Of a stretch of DNA of 64,000 nt, positions 27,500-35,322 are shown piece by piece. The notes under the pieces were generated by a model. It did not search any database. It was not told where the DNA came from and saw only the letters and a list, made by a program, of their open reading frames with translations. Every line of letters begins with the position of its first letter. Positions within the stretch are counted from its first letter, which is position 1. Made by a program: the position numbers and the translations under genes. The stretch comes from a virus. The stretch is from the IMG/VR virus record IMGVR_UViG_3300045988_146774, positions 1 through 64,000 of that record; one strand, 5' to 3'.

Positions 27500-27883
27500 C
27501 TATCTCTGTGGAATACCAAAGAAGTATAATTCCGAATCAGTCATTTCACATTCACTCGTAAAAAATTCTTTGTAACCATCATCTGTCAATGCGAATTCCA
27601 ACGCATCTTCTGCTATCCTGTCTTTGAACTTTGTTGTAAGTTCTTCCAATCTGTACCGTGGTATATAATTATTTTGCGTTTTGTAGCAAAAATAATCTGT
27701 ACTTAAAGCTAATGCTTCAGCCTGTGTAAGATTTGAAAAAGGACTGAAATTGTAATAAACACAAGTATGTGCCCAACTTCCAGTTTCCTTATTCAACCGT
27801 GAAACCACTGCATATTCATTAAGATTAATCCCTCTCTTAATCAATGCATATCCATTCTTTTCCATGATTACTTCATATTTCAT
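27500..27883 (-). CDS. hypothetical protein
   Basis: 127-aa ORF with SD AGGAGGAAAG upstream. Confidence 0.65.
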   Translation of the reverse strand: MKYEVIMEKNGYALIKRGINLNEYAVVSRLNKETGSWAHTCVYYNFSPFSNLTQAEALALSTDYFCYKTQNNYIPRYRLEELTTKFKDRIAEDALEFALTDDGYKEFFTSECEMTDSELYFFGIPQR

Positions 27884-27896
27884 TTTCGCTTTCCTC

Positions 27897-28097
27897 CTAT
27901 TTGTCTTTTAAGTGATACTGCTTTGATAATCTTCTAGCAATACCACCATTAATTTCTTTGCTGTGAATCGGAATAGAGACTGACTGTTTCCGTTCCCAAA
28001 TTTCATGACCGCTATTAGAACGATCGTACTTGAAGCCGTTGTCTTCCAACGTTTTCCTGAATTCCCTTACAGGAACGCCAGGTAGTTTACCACTCAT
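27897..28097 (-). CDS. hicA: HicA-like toxin domain protein (second copy, no adjacent HicB)
   Basis: VREFRKTLEDNGFKYDRSNSGHEIWER..SVSIPIHSKEINGGIARRLSKQ fits the HicA/YcfA pattern. ATG 28097 sits 6 nt after GGAGGA. Confidence 0.7.
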   Translation of the reverse strand: MSGKLPGVPVREFRKTLEDNGFKYDRSNSGHEIWERKQSVSIPIHSKEINGGIARRLSKQYHLKDK

Positions 28098-28099
28098 AA

Positions 28100-28357
28100 T
28101 CATTCCTCCTTCCTAAAATCTTCCATGATTGTGTTCAAGATATCCTCTGGTTCACTATCTGAACTTCTAATAATATCTTCTGTGAGATTTTCGACAAGCG
28201 TTTCCATCGAATGTGTGAATTTTCCATCTGCCTTTGAGATAGAATATTCTTCTGACATTTCTTCCGCTTGTTCTTCAAGCTCCCAATCATACATGTTTGC
28301 TTTCCAGTTTTCGTTTGCATATTTCCCTATCTTTAAAAAGAATTCTTTTGATAACAT
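28100..28357 (-). CDS. hypothetical acidic protein
   Basis: Start at ATG 28357 sits 8 nt after AAGGAGGG. Confidence 0.6.
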   Translation of the reverse strand: MLSKEFFLKIGKYANENWKANMYDWELEEQAEEMSEEYSISKADGKFTHSMETLVENLTEDIIRSSDSEPEDILNTIMEDFRKEE

Positions 28358-28424
28358 TTTGTTTTCCCTCCTTTTGCCTTTGTTATTTGTATATTCTCTA
28401 ACCATTTGCATTTATAATGGTCAC

Positions 28425-28458
28425 ATCAAAACAGACAAGAGATAGTTCCCTTGCCTGT
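28425..28458 (-). terminator. terminator-like hairpin (possibly bidirectional)
   Basis: ACAGACAAG-N10-CTTGCCTGT stem with T-runs on both strands. Confidence 0.45.
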
Positions 28459-28508
28459 TTTATCTAATCATTATATGTATTATGTATATTATGTATTATT
28501 ATATGTAT

Positions 28509-29432
28509 TTACATTGCTTTTGCTTTTGATTTCCTTTTGCCGGTTTTATTTCTGAACGGACTTTCCATTTCGTAGCGAACAATCTCTGAAAGATAATCAA
28601 AGATCTGAGCCTGAGTTTTTGTCATAATATTATCTACAAAGAACTCGGTTCCCTTGCATCTGTTAATCATTGCTTCTTCCATTTCATCTGTTCTGCCTTC
28701 ACAGTATGCGTATAAAGATTTTAATGCACGAATAATCTTTGCGGTGTATGCCTTTCCATTATATGTATCTGCATATCCGTTCCATTCTAACTTTCCAAGT
28801 AATCCAAGCATTGAATCAAGTAGTTCTGCCTTGCCTCCCTTGATCCAATTGATTCCATCAGAGATTGAAGAGAATGTACCAACTACATTTTCTGTTTCAT
28901 CATCTCCCTTGATTGCTACATTGTGTTTTTTACAGATGTCATGTAATGCAACATATTCCGGCTTTTTGGCTGCCAAGGCTGCATGATAAATATCCATTGG
29001 TTGCATTTTCGCTCTATCACTTGACTGACTTAAGAATAAATCAATAGCTTCTTCGAGCGAACACTCCATAACTTCTACTACAACTGCATCTTTCTTTGCC
29101 TTAAAAGCTCCGTAAATTCTATGCTGACCATCAATACAAAGAAGAATTCCCTTGTAAAGCAGAACTTTCGGCTCATCCCATTTATAGGAATTGTAGTTAT
29201 TGCCGATTGAATAAGCCCGTTCAAGTTTGATTCTTCTCTGCCATTCCGGAATATGGATTTCCATTGGATCAATGACCATGAGAAGTTTATCACCAATCCG
29301 TGAGTTATTCTTTGCAGATTTCACAAGATTTTCGATCAACAGCTTTTCATTTTTTCCTGTAAACTCTTTGCTTTCTCTTGCTTCCTGCATTTCCTTTTCT
29401 GCTTCTTTTGCTTTTAAATATACTCTTCTCAT
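28509..29432 (-). CDS. ParB N-terminal-domain / DGQHR-motif protein
   Basis: IHIPEWQRR and LLCIDGQHRIYGAF match ParB/DndB-type boxes. SD AAGAGGT upstream. Confidence 0.75.
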   Translation of the reverse strand: MRRVYLKAKEAEKEMQEARESKEFTGKNEKLLIENLVKSAKNNSRIGDKLLMVIDPMEIHIPEWQRRIKLERAYSIGNNYNSYKWDEPKVLLYKGILLCIDGQHRIYGAFKAKKDAVVVEVMECSLEEAIDLFLSQSSDRAKMQPMDIYHAALAAKKPEYVALHDICKKHNVAIKGDDETENVVGTFSSISDGINWIKGGKAELLDSMLGLLGKLEWNGYADTYNGKAYTAKIIRALKSLYAYCEGRTDEMEEAMINRCKGTEFFVDNIMTKTQAQIFDYLSEIVRYEMESPFRNKTGKRKSKAKAM

Positions 29433-29487
29433 TTTTATACCTCTTTCTTCCTATTTAATATGTATTTATTTTGCCTTTTATTTTTTG

Positions 29488-29522
29488 CATAAAAATAACA
29501 CCCTACTTATTTGTAAGGTGTT
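29488..29522 (-). terminator. intrinsic terminator
   Basis: On the minus strand: AACACCTTAC-N6-GTAGGGTGTT followed by ATTTTTAT. Confidence 0.6.
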
Positions 29523-29772
29523 ACATAATAATCACAATAATATGTGATACTTCCGTTTCCATTTCCGGTTTCCGTTTCTCTGGCTGCTTTTTGATATATC
29601 TGTCACAGAAGTTCGTTACGTCCATTAGATCAATATCATTCGCCAGAAAATAGAACCGTGTAAATGTATCGTACACTTCTACCTTTGTGATTCCGATTCC
29701 ATTTACTGCACAATAGAATCTGAATAAGTCTGCCTTTTTGTTGCTGATATCAAATTTTCTTTCTTTTCTCAT
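29521..29772 (-). CDS. hypothetical protein
   Basis: 83-aa ORF with SD AAGAGGT upstream. Confidence 0.6.
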   Translation of the reverse strand: MRKERKFDISNKKADLFRFYCAVNGIGITKVEVYDTFTRFYFLANDIDLMDVTNFCDRYIKKQPEKRKPEMETEVSHIIVIIM

Positions 29773-29806
29773 ATATTATCTACCTCTTTCTTTTTTTATT
29801 TCTCTT

Positions 29807-29986
29807 TTACAATGACATGATTAACGGCATTAGAATACGTCTTGCACATTCATACCGCCGTGTTGCATCTGGCTCATATTTTCCGACAGATATCCTCTTT
29901 GCCTTTTTAACTGCATCATCAACATCTTTTTTGTCAAGTCCGAAGTCATCAGCTAAGTTCCGAATTTCGATTTCCCAACGTCTCAT
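29807..29986 (-). CDS. small hypothetical protein (59 aa)
   Basis: Below cutoff. Strong SD AAGGAGGG lies 7 nt before ATG 29986. Confidence 0.55.
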   Translation of the reverse strand: MRRWEIEIRNLADDFGLDKKDVDDAVKKAKRISVGKYEPDATRRYECARRILMPLIMSL

Positions 29987-30026
29987 TTAAGCACCCTCCT
30001 TTTTCGCTTTGCCTTATTCGCAAATT

Positions 30027-30167
30027 TTACAGAATGAATAATTTCAGAAAAATCATTCCGTAGATGAATAATACAGTACATAACATGCCGAACCCAGCAC
30101 CAAGCTCCGATTTTCTGTCTTCTGTTTTCTTGCGTCTTCTGATTTCCATTTCTCTTTCCCTTGTCAT
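30027..30167 (-). CDS. small membrane protein (46 aa), type I toxin-like
   Basis: MTREREMEIRRRKKTEDRKSELGAGFGMLCTVLFIYGMIFLKLFIL. SD GGAGGAG lies 5 nt upstream and the 5' leader is structured. Confidence 0.5.
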   Translation of the reverse strand: MTREREMEIRRRKKTEDRKSELGAGFGMLCTVLFIYGMIFLKLFIL

Positions 30168-30404
30168 TTTTACTCCTCCGGAAGTCTGCCTTGTACAAAC
30201 AGACTTGCCTTTTGTACGGGCATCTGTTAAGATTTATGTACAACCCGTTACTGTAATAGTTGCGTGTTGAATGTATTGTATTAAGTGTGCGTTTGCGTTT
30301 AGCTGAGCAAATATTAATGCACACTAAAAAGGACAGGAGGTTTTATTTGCCTTCTGTCTTTTGTACTATGCATTTGTTTTTTTGATTTGCCTTTTAATTT
30401 TGGG

Positions 30405-30448
30405 TATAAAAATAGCACCTAACGTTTTGCCTTTCTTTGTTGGGTGCT
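30405..30448 (-). terminator. intrinsic terminator
   Basis: 10-bp stem AGCACCTAAC / GTTGGGTGCT followed by ATTTTTATA on the minus strand, after the stop at 30457. Confidence 0.55.
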
Positions 30449-30456
30449 GATTTATG

Positions 30457-30759
30457 TTATAAGTTTGCTTTTTCTCTTTCGAGTCTTTCCAATTGAGTTT
30501 GTAAGGATTTTATCTGATTATCTATTTCTATTTTTTTTTCGTAAGTTTCCGTATACTCTTTATCTGGAATCCACTCCATAATGTCCCCTGGCTGTACTTT
30601 TAGGAATTCACACAGACGGTTAATGGTTTCCGTTTTGAACCCCTCATTCTTTGAGATTTTAGAAATAATATTTGTACTAAGCCCAGTTTCTTCTCCGAGT
30701 TTTTTCTTTGTAATATGCCTTTCTTCTAAAAGGCTATCTAATTTATAATATACTATCAT
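30457..30759 (-). CDS. Xre/Cro-CI-type HTH transcriptional regulator with C-terminal coiled coil
   Basis: KLDSLLEERHITKKKLGEETGLSTNIISKISKNEGFKTETINRLCEFLKVQPGDIMEW is a classic HTH_3 pattern. Start at ATG 30759 follows AAGGAGA, and TTGAAA-N17-TATTCT lies upstream. Confidence 0.8.
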   Translation of the reverse strand: MIVYYKLDSLLEERHITKKKLGEETGLSTNIISKISKNEGFKTETINRLCEFLKVQPGDIMEWIPDKEYTETYEKKIEIDNQIKSLQTQLERLEREKANL

Positions 30760-30824
30760 TTTACAATATCTCCTTTGCCTTTTATATAGAATAGCATATA
30801 TTTTGAGTTTTTTCAAGTTCCGTT

Positions 30825-31238
30825 TTAATTCCAGTTTACGCAATACGAACGTGGAAAATCGTGGAGAGGAACTTTTGCACATTCGTAGTCAGTTACAGTT
30901 CCGTTCCATTTTGACAAACGTGTTCCGCCGGAACCTTTTTTCTTTGCTCGTGGATGAGCCATCAAAGATTGTATTTTGCCTTTTGAGTTTAAATTTTGAT
31001 GTTTAAGGAAACATTCATGCATAATGGCAACACAATCATTATTTATATTTGTCTTTATCCAGATATTATTCTGCGGATCATAGATAAAAACTTTATATTT
31101 ATTTCGCTTGTTAGGGCGAAAGTTATTACATACAACTTTTGCTTTGGATTCAAATTTCATAACTATACTATTTGCATAGACCACGAAATCATTTTCCATT
31201 TTAGTTGTAAACCAGATATATTTGCATGAATATTTCAT
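30825..31238 (-). CDS. hypothetical protein
   Basis: 137-aa ORF with only a weak SD. Confidence 0.55.
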   Translation of the reverse strand: MKYSCKYIWFTTKMENDFVVYANSIVMKFESKAKVVCNNFRPNKRNKYKVFIYDPQNNIWIKTNINNDCVAIMHECFLKHQNLNSKGKIQSLMAHPRAKKKGSGGTRLSKWNGTVTDYECAKVPLHDFPRSYCVNWN

Positions 31239-31255
31239 AATATCACTTTACCTTT

Positions 31256-31702
31256 CTATTTAATTCTAGTTCCCTGCTCAGTTGCCTTTACTGACGGATT
31301 TACAGTATATGAATTTCCGTCAGTTGTTGTGATAGTAATTGTACCATCACTTGCCTTTGACATATCCTGGATTTCATCAAATGCGACAAACTGTTTGAAT
31401 TTCGGAGCGTAGATGTTTTCTGTTTTGGTGGCATATAATTCAGTACCATCGGATAACTGAAATGCCATTTCGTCAGAACTTACGTTCCAGTCTACAATTG
31501 TGATTTCGCTTTTGCAGTAATCCTTCCACCAATTGTCAGGATTATGAGAATCTGCAACGGCTTTTTTATTTGTCTTTTTAATTTCTGCTACACTTGTCTT
31601 TGCAGACTGGTTTGTAAGATGTGACATCATTATATATTCACATCCCATGCCAATAATAATACATACTACTACTAAAATAATAATTTCCATTTTCTTTTTC
31701 AT
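31256..31702 (-). CDS. secreted or lipid-anchored protein (signal peptide, possible lipobox IGMGC)
   Basis: Start at ATG 31702 after AAGGAGG. The N-terminus is MKKKMEIIILVVVCIIIGMGC. Confidence 0.65.
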   Translation of the reverse strand: MKKKMEIIILVVVCIIIGMGCEYIMMSHLTNQSAKTSVAEIKKTNKKAVADSHNPDNWWKDYCKSEITIVDWNVSSDEMAFQLSDGTELYATKTENIYAPKFKQFVAFDEIQDMSKASDGTITITTTDGNSYTVNPSVKATEQGTRIK

Positions 31703-31719
31703 TTTCGTTTCCTCCTTAC

Positions 31720-31947
31720 TTAAAAAATCCACTGGTGTTTTCGTTTGTTAGGGATTGCGATTACAGATACTTTACCACCCCAACAATCAGAAATTTCACC
31801 TGTCAGTTCGCAGCCTAATTCATTCGCAGAATCAGACAGAGAGGTGAGATCAGAAATTACTGATGATACTTCATCACCGAATAATTCACTATTGCAAGTA
31901 ATTTTTTCTGCTATTTTTTTGATTTCGCTTTTTCTAAATTTTAACAT
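31720..31947 (-). CDS. hypothetical protein
   Basis: 75-aa ORF with SD GTGAGGAG upstream. Confidence 0.6.
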   Translation of the reverse strand: MLKFRKSEIKKIAEKITCNSELFGDEVSSVISDLTSLSDSANELGCELTGEISDCWGGKVSVIAIPNKRKHQWIF

Positions 31948-31992
31948 AAGAACTCCTCACTTTCTTAATTTGCATTTTGTGAAAATGCTCAC

Positions 31993-32024
31993 TATAAAAA
32001 GGCGGAACTTCTTGCTCCGCCTTT
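31993..32024 (-). terminator. intrinsic terminator (bidirectional shape)
   Basis: AAAGGCGGA-N9-TCCGCCTTT stem flanked by A/T runs, after the stop at 32047. Confidence 0.6.
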
Positions 32025-32046
32025 CGAACTAAACATTTTTTTGTGA

Positions 32047-32883
32047 CTATGCAAAGTAGTGTTTAATTACAATGTTGCTAATGCATGTTGCAAGACCACT
32101 GTAATCATATGTAGTCTTACCAGATTTCTTGTCTTTCTTAACTTTGACAAGTGTGTTAACCTGACGATGGCTGAAATCGACTTTACCAGTCTTGTCGTTT
32201 ACAGAAAATTTATTCTGAAAACCTTTGACATAACAATCATTCAAAAGTTTCTTATCTTCTGCCGTAAGTTTAACACGAGTCTTGTCCGTGTAAGGTGTTT
32301 CAAACGGTAAGCTGAAAGTTTTCTTGATTATAGTCTCAAGCTCTTTAGACGCTGACTTATAAGCGTCCTTTACTTCTTTTGACATTACAATATTGCCGTC
32401 TTCACCAGCTTTAGAATTGATATGAATCGTCTCTAAAGCATTGTAAAGTGCTTCTGATTCGAACGCTGGGATAATCGCATACTTCACAAGTTTAGAGTTA
32501 TCCCATGATGCAAGGACTCTAAGAACAGTCCGTACTACATCTTTGTCATTCTTGAAATGGTCATGATTCTCTGCTGTCATTACAGAGATAACTTTATTGT
32601 ATACCTCTAATGTATCAGCAGAGTTGTTCCGTGCGGTTTCAAGATTAGCCTGAGCCGTTTCGAGTTTGATTGTAAGAGCTTTTTCTTCTACTTCTTTCTG
32701 CTCTGGAGTTTTATCCTTGTTATCTTTGAGGTTCACAAGCTGTTTTTCAATCCGTGAAATGTCAGTCTGTACAAGCTGGATTGTCATTTCATACTCTTCG
32801 TGAGAGATTGCGCTCATAAGTTCTTCTGTCTGTTCAACTGTAGCTTTTTTGTTAAGGAAATTGATTTTTAATGTGTTTTTCAT
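32047..32883 (-). CDS. hypothetical protein; first gene of the leftward arm, monocistronic
   Basis: 278-aa ORF with SD AGAGGT and its own terminator. No motif recognised. Confidence 0.7.
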   Translation of the reverse strand: MKNTLKINFLNKKATVEQTEELMSAISHEEYEMTIQLVQTDISRIEKQLVNLKDNKDKTPEQKEVEEKALTIKLETAQANLETARNNSADTLEVYNKVISVMTAENHDHFKNDKDVVRTVLRVLASWDNSKLVKYAIIPAFESEALYNALETIHINSKAGEDGNIVMSKEVKDAYKSASKELETIIKKTFSLPFETPYTDKTRVKLTAEDKKLLNDCYVKGFQNKFSVNDKTGKVDFSHRQVNTLVKVKKDKKSGKTTYDYSGLATCISNIVIKHYFA

Positions 32884-32949
32884 AATAATACCTCTACTTT
32901 CTTCTGCTATGCAGATATGGATTAATTAGTTTAATGTGTTATGCACACT

Positions 32950-33790
32950 ATAAAAGGGTAGACTGGTAGCGTATACCTGGATTCTACCCCTCTAACTATG
33001 TATAACTTGGTTATGCAAGCGTAAATCTAGCGGTCATGCGGATTGGTTTTACCCAACACCAAGAAGTCAGATGTTACTCTGTACTCTGCCATACTAGATA
33101 ATACTTGTATCTTTATGTGTTGTCTGGCTAGAATAAGTATGGTTATGAACTTCTAACCAAGTCAGCATTTTTTGTTAGCCGAGTTATTAATTGACTGGTT
33201 GTTTTATCTATCATTGAAGCACTACCTAGAATATACCTCTAAGTAAAACCCCTGTGGTCATTGCTACGCTGGGAACTACCCAACACTGTCATATTGACAG
33301 ACGTCCTTCGGATAATAAGTCGGAAGAACTGCACTATTTTTTCGAGACTTTGTGCGTATTGTCTACAATATTAAATTTGTAGTGGGGAAAACCTGTAATA
33401 ATACAGGAAACATTAACATTTTATTAATCATAATGATTACCCACGCAACCTATAAAGCTTATAGTCTTTAGTAGTCCTGTCTAGGACAAGATACTGTACC
33501 TAGTCTACAATACAGACTGTTTATTTAATTATTTGTGGTAATTGTTCACGAACTGTGATAGAATCGAATTGTGGTTACAACTCTATCACAGTTGTCAAAC
33601 TAGGTTATATATTCAAGATATTCTTGCTCGGATGTGAACAACTGGTACTTGTTCTCGTCCGAGATATAACCCATGTACCCAAAGGGTACTATGTAACCTT
33701 TAATCACATGATTCACCACCTTCCATATGATTGTAGGGGTTTTAACGACTTTTCCTTGTCATATTTTTCATATGTTATCATCTTCTTTTT
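32950..33790. ncRNA. candidate large structured RNA or structured leader (strand and ends unknown)
   Basis: No credible ORF in the region. Many perfect stems: 32956-62/32983-89, 33286-33300, 33392-33407, 33553-62/33582-91, nested 33603-33671, 33675-33689, 33724-30/33768-74. Confidence 0.35.
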
Positions 33791-33846
33791 TTAATAATTT
33801 GTGGTTGCTACCCACCTGTAAGCTATAAGTGCCATTCCGTCAATCT

Positions 33847-34049
33847 CTTGACTTATTTCAAGTCTAACATTTTACTTGATGTTTGTCAATATGTTTTCTT
33901 GATTTTTTGTGAAGTATCCGAGCGTTGTTAATCTTACCAGAAAATCAATTGATATATTGAATTATATCAAGTTTTGTTGTCCTCTTGATGTCTCATATAT
34001 TACAGGATATTTTTATAAATGTCAAGCGTCATTCTTGATTTTTTTCAAG
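33847..34049. promoter_or_regulatory. cluster of CTTGA/TCAAG half-sites and palindromes (putative operator array)
   Basis: Nine CTTGA/TCAAG pentamers (33847, 33858, 33875, 33898, 33967, 33984, 34022, 34034, 34045) plus the palindrome TTGATATA-N6-TATATCAA (33949-33970). A TATAAT lies at 34074-34079. Confidence 0.4.
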
Positions 34050-34119
34050 TTTTTATGAAAAAACGTGTTTCTTCTATATAATGCAAAAAAAAGAAAGTTG
34101 TTCATGTAATAACTGAACA

Positions 34120-34320
34120 GGTAGAAAGATAGTTATAGTATATATTTGTATAGTTATATGTATAATATGTATTATTGCTATAATAGTAGGAATATAGATA
34201 ATATTGTATAATGTTAGTATATTGATATATGTATATGGTATATATGATGTATATGTCATAGTATATTATTATATGTATTATAGTATTATTATATAGCGTA
34301 TGGTATATGTTGTATAGTTG
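34120..34320. repeat. TA/TG-rich low-complexity tract, nearly C-free on the plus strand
   Basis: I counted 3 C in 200 nt. The tract is degenerate (G)TATATGTAT-type units. The 16-mer TATTATTATATGTATT also occurs at 28483-28498. Confidence 0.7.
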
Positions 34321-34602
34321 GTAGTGTAGTCGTGTGGCGCGACAGGTTGGGAACTGATTGAGATAGATTAATGTTAGTTATTGATTAATATTTATGGTTG
34401 TATTATTAATTTATTAGTGTATGTCAGGTTAGGGATTGAGCGCAGATTTGAAAAAGTGTGTATTTATGTGATAGTATAGTATGGTTATGTTATTAGTATA
34501 CTGTATTGCGGTATAGGATTGACTGCTAGACTGGATTTTTGAACATTTAGTGTGGGATTAATTTGTATATAGTTTAGCGTTTGATGTATGAATGTTTAGT
34601 AG

Positions 34603-34645
34603 TTATCCACGTAGTATAGTATAGTTTTTCACATTATGTGGATAA
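34603..34645. promoter_or_regulatory. inverted pair of DnaA-box-like 9-mers (candidate origin element)
   Basis: TTATCCACg at 34603-34611. TGTGGATAA at 34637-34645 is a perfect TTATCCACA on the minus strand. Both lie in an AT-rich non-coding hub. Confidence 0.5.
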
Positions 34646-34885
34646 GTATATAAATGATTGTTTACTTATTAGTAATATATAAAAAAGCTATAGCACGATA
34701 TTCTGTTATAGTTTTAAGCTATAGCAACGTCTTCCCCTGTACAGGAAGTACAGAACCCTAAAAATTAATTTCCAATGAAAGAAAATTTTCATTTAGGTAT
34801 CGCTAAAATAAAAAGCCGTTCTTCCCCAGAGCAGACAACAAAAAAATTTTTATATCTATTAGAATATTTTATTTTACTAAATTTT

Positions 34886-34917
34886 CCCGTACTTTTCCCA
34901 TTTTTACGGGTTTTTTT
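34886..34917 (+). terminator. intrinsic terminator inside the non-coding hub
   Basis: CCCGTA-N13-TACGGG stem followed by T7. Confidence 0.6.
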
Positions 34918-35026
34918 AGTATAGAATTTTATACTTTCACTATAAATAAAGACGGGGGTACTTAAAACTCGAACAAACGTTCGCAGTTTGCCAAGACTCA
35001 CTAGCTGATCAATCTACACACCAACT

Positions 35027-35322
35027 CAAAAATTTCACATCCAAAATTCTTCTCCACTCTTCTCCACCAGTCTCCAAAACACCAAAAATCACCATTCAAT
35101 CCTAATCCTCAAAATATCCCTATTCTAAGCCAAAAATTACACTTCCCTCCTTTCCAACCCTTTATCGTACCCCTTATCGTAAAAACTCCCATTTTAAGCC
35201 AAAAATCACGTCTCAAACCTCAAAAATTGATCACACACTTATTCAAAAATTACTCCCACAACCAGACTTCTTCCTATTATATAAGGATTTTTTCGATATC
35301 ACTTTTCTCGTTCAAAAATCAC
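35027..35322 (+). repeat. iteron-like dispersed repeats CAAAAAT(T/C)AC plus two short tandem repeats
   Basis: Exact copies at 35083, 35131, 35200, 35244 and 35313, with variants at 35027 and 35221. Tandem CTTCTCCAC x2 (35048-35066) and CCCTT(T)ATCGTA x2 (35158-35182). Confidence 0.6.

Noticed and set aside
27500-27883. HicB-type antitoxin partner for the second HicA
   Set aside because: The sequence shows no HicB N-terminal pattern or RHH/HTH tail, so it is left as hypothetical.
28465-28508. Possible CRISPR-like or tandem repeat (TATGTATTAT units), also at 34120-34320
   Set aside because: The repeats are degenerate AT-rich low complexity without unique spacers or a regular period, so this is not a CRISPR array. 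I kept it only as a shared TA-rich motif.
29983-30324. 113-aa minus-strand ORF rich in R/K/N
   Set aside because: It has no SD and a basic low-complexity composition. It overlaps a better-supported 46-aa membrane ORF (30027-30167) and a 59-aa ORF (29807-29986), both with strong SDs.
1441-32310. Numerous 60-130-aa plus-strand ORFs across the left arm (e.g. 2189-2425, 3765-4151, 12614-12943, 18794-19081, 28125-28445, 28654-28986, 29227-29547)
   Set aside because: They are antisense shadows of well-packed minus-strand genes in AT-rich DNA. They show F/I/L/S-rich low-complexity translations and lack SDs.
33351-33355. GTGCG resembling a group II intron 5' end
   Set aside because: I found no domain V-like GAGCCGTAT..ACGGTTC element, no reverse-transcriptase ORF and no plausible flanking exons.
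33555-33794. 79-aa plus-strand ORF inside the hairpin-dense segment
   Set aside because: It has no SD. It spans several perfect stem-loops, and its composition looks non-coding.
34074-34259. 61-aa minus-strand ORF (MTYTSYIPYTYINILTLYNIIY...)
   Set aside because: It is a translation of the TA-rich low-complexity tract (I/T/Y repeats). There is no SD, and it lies in the non-coding hub.
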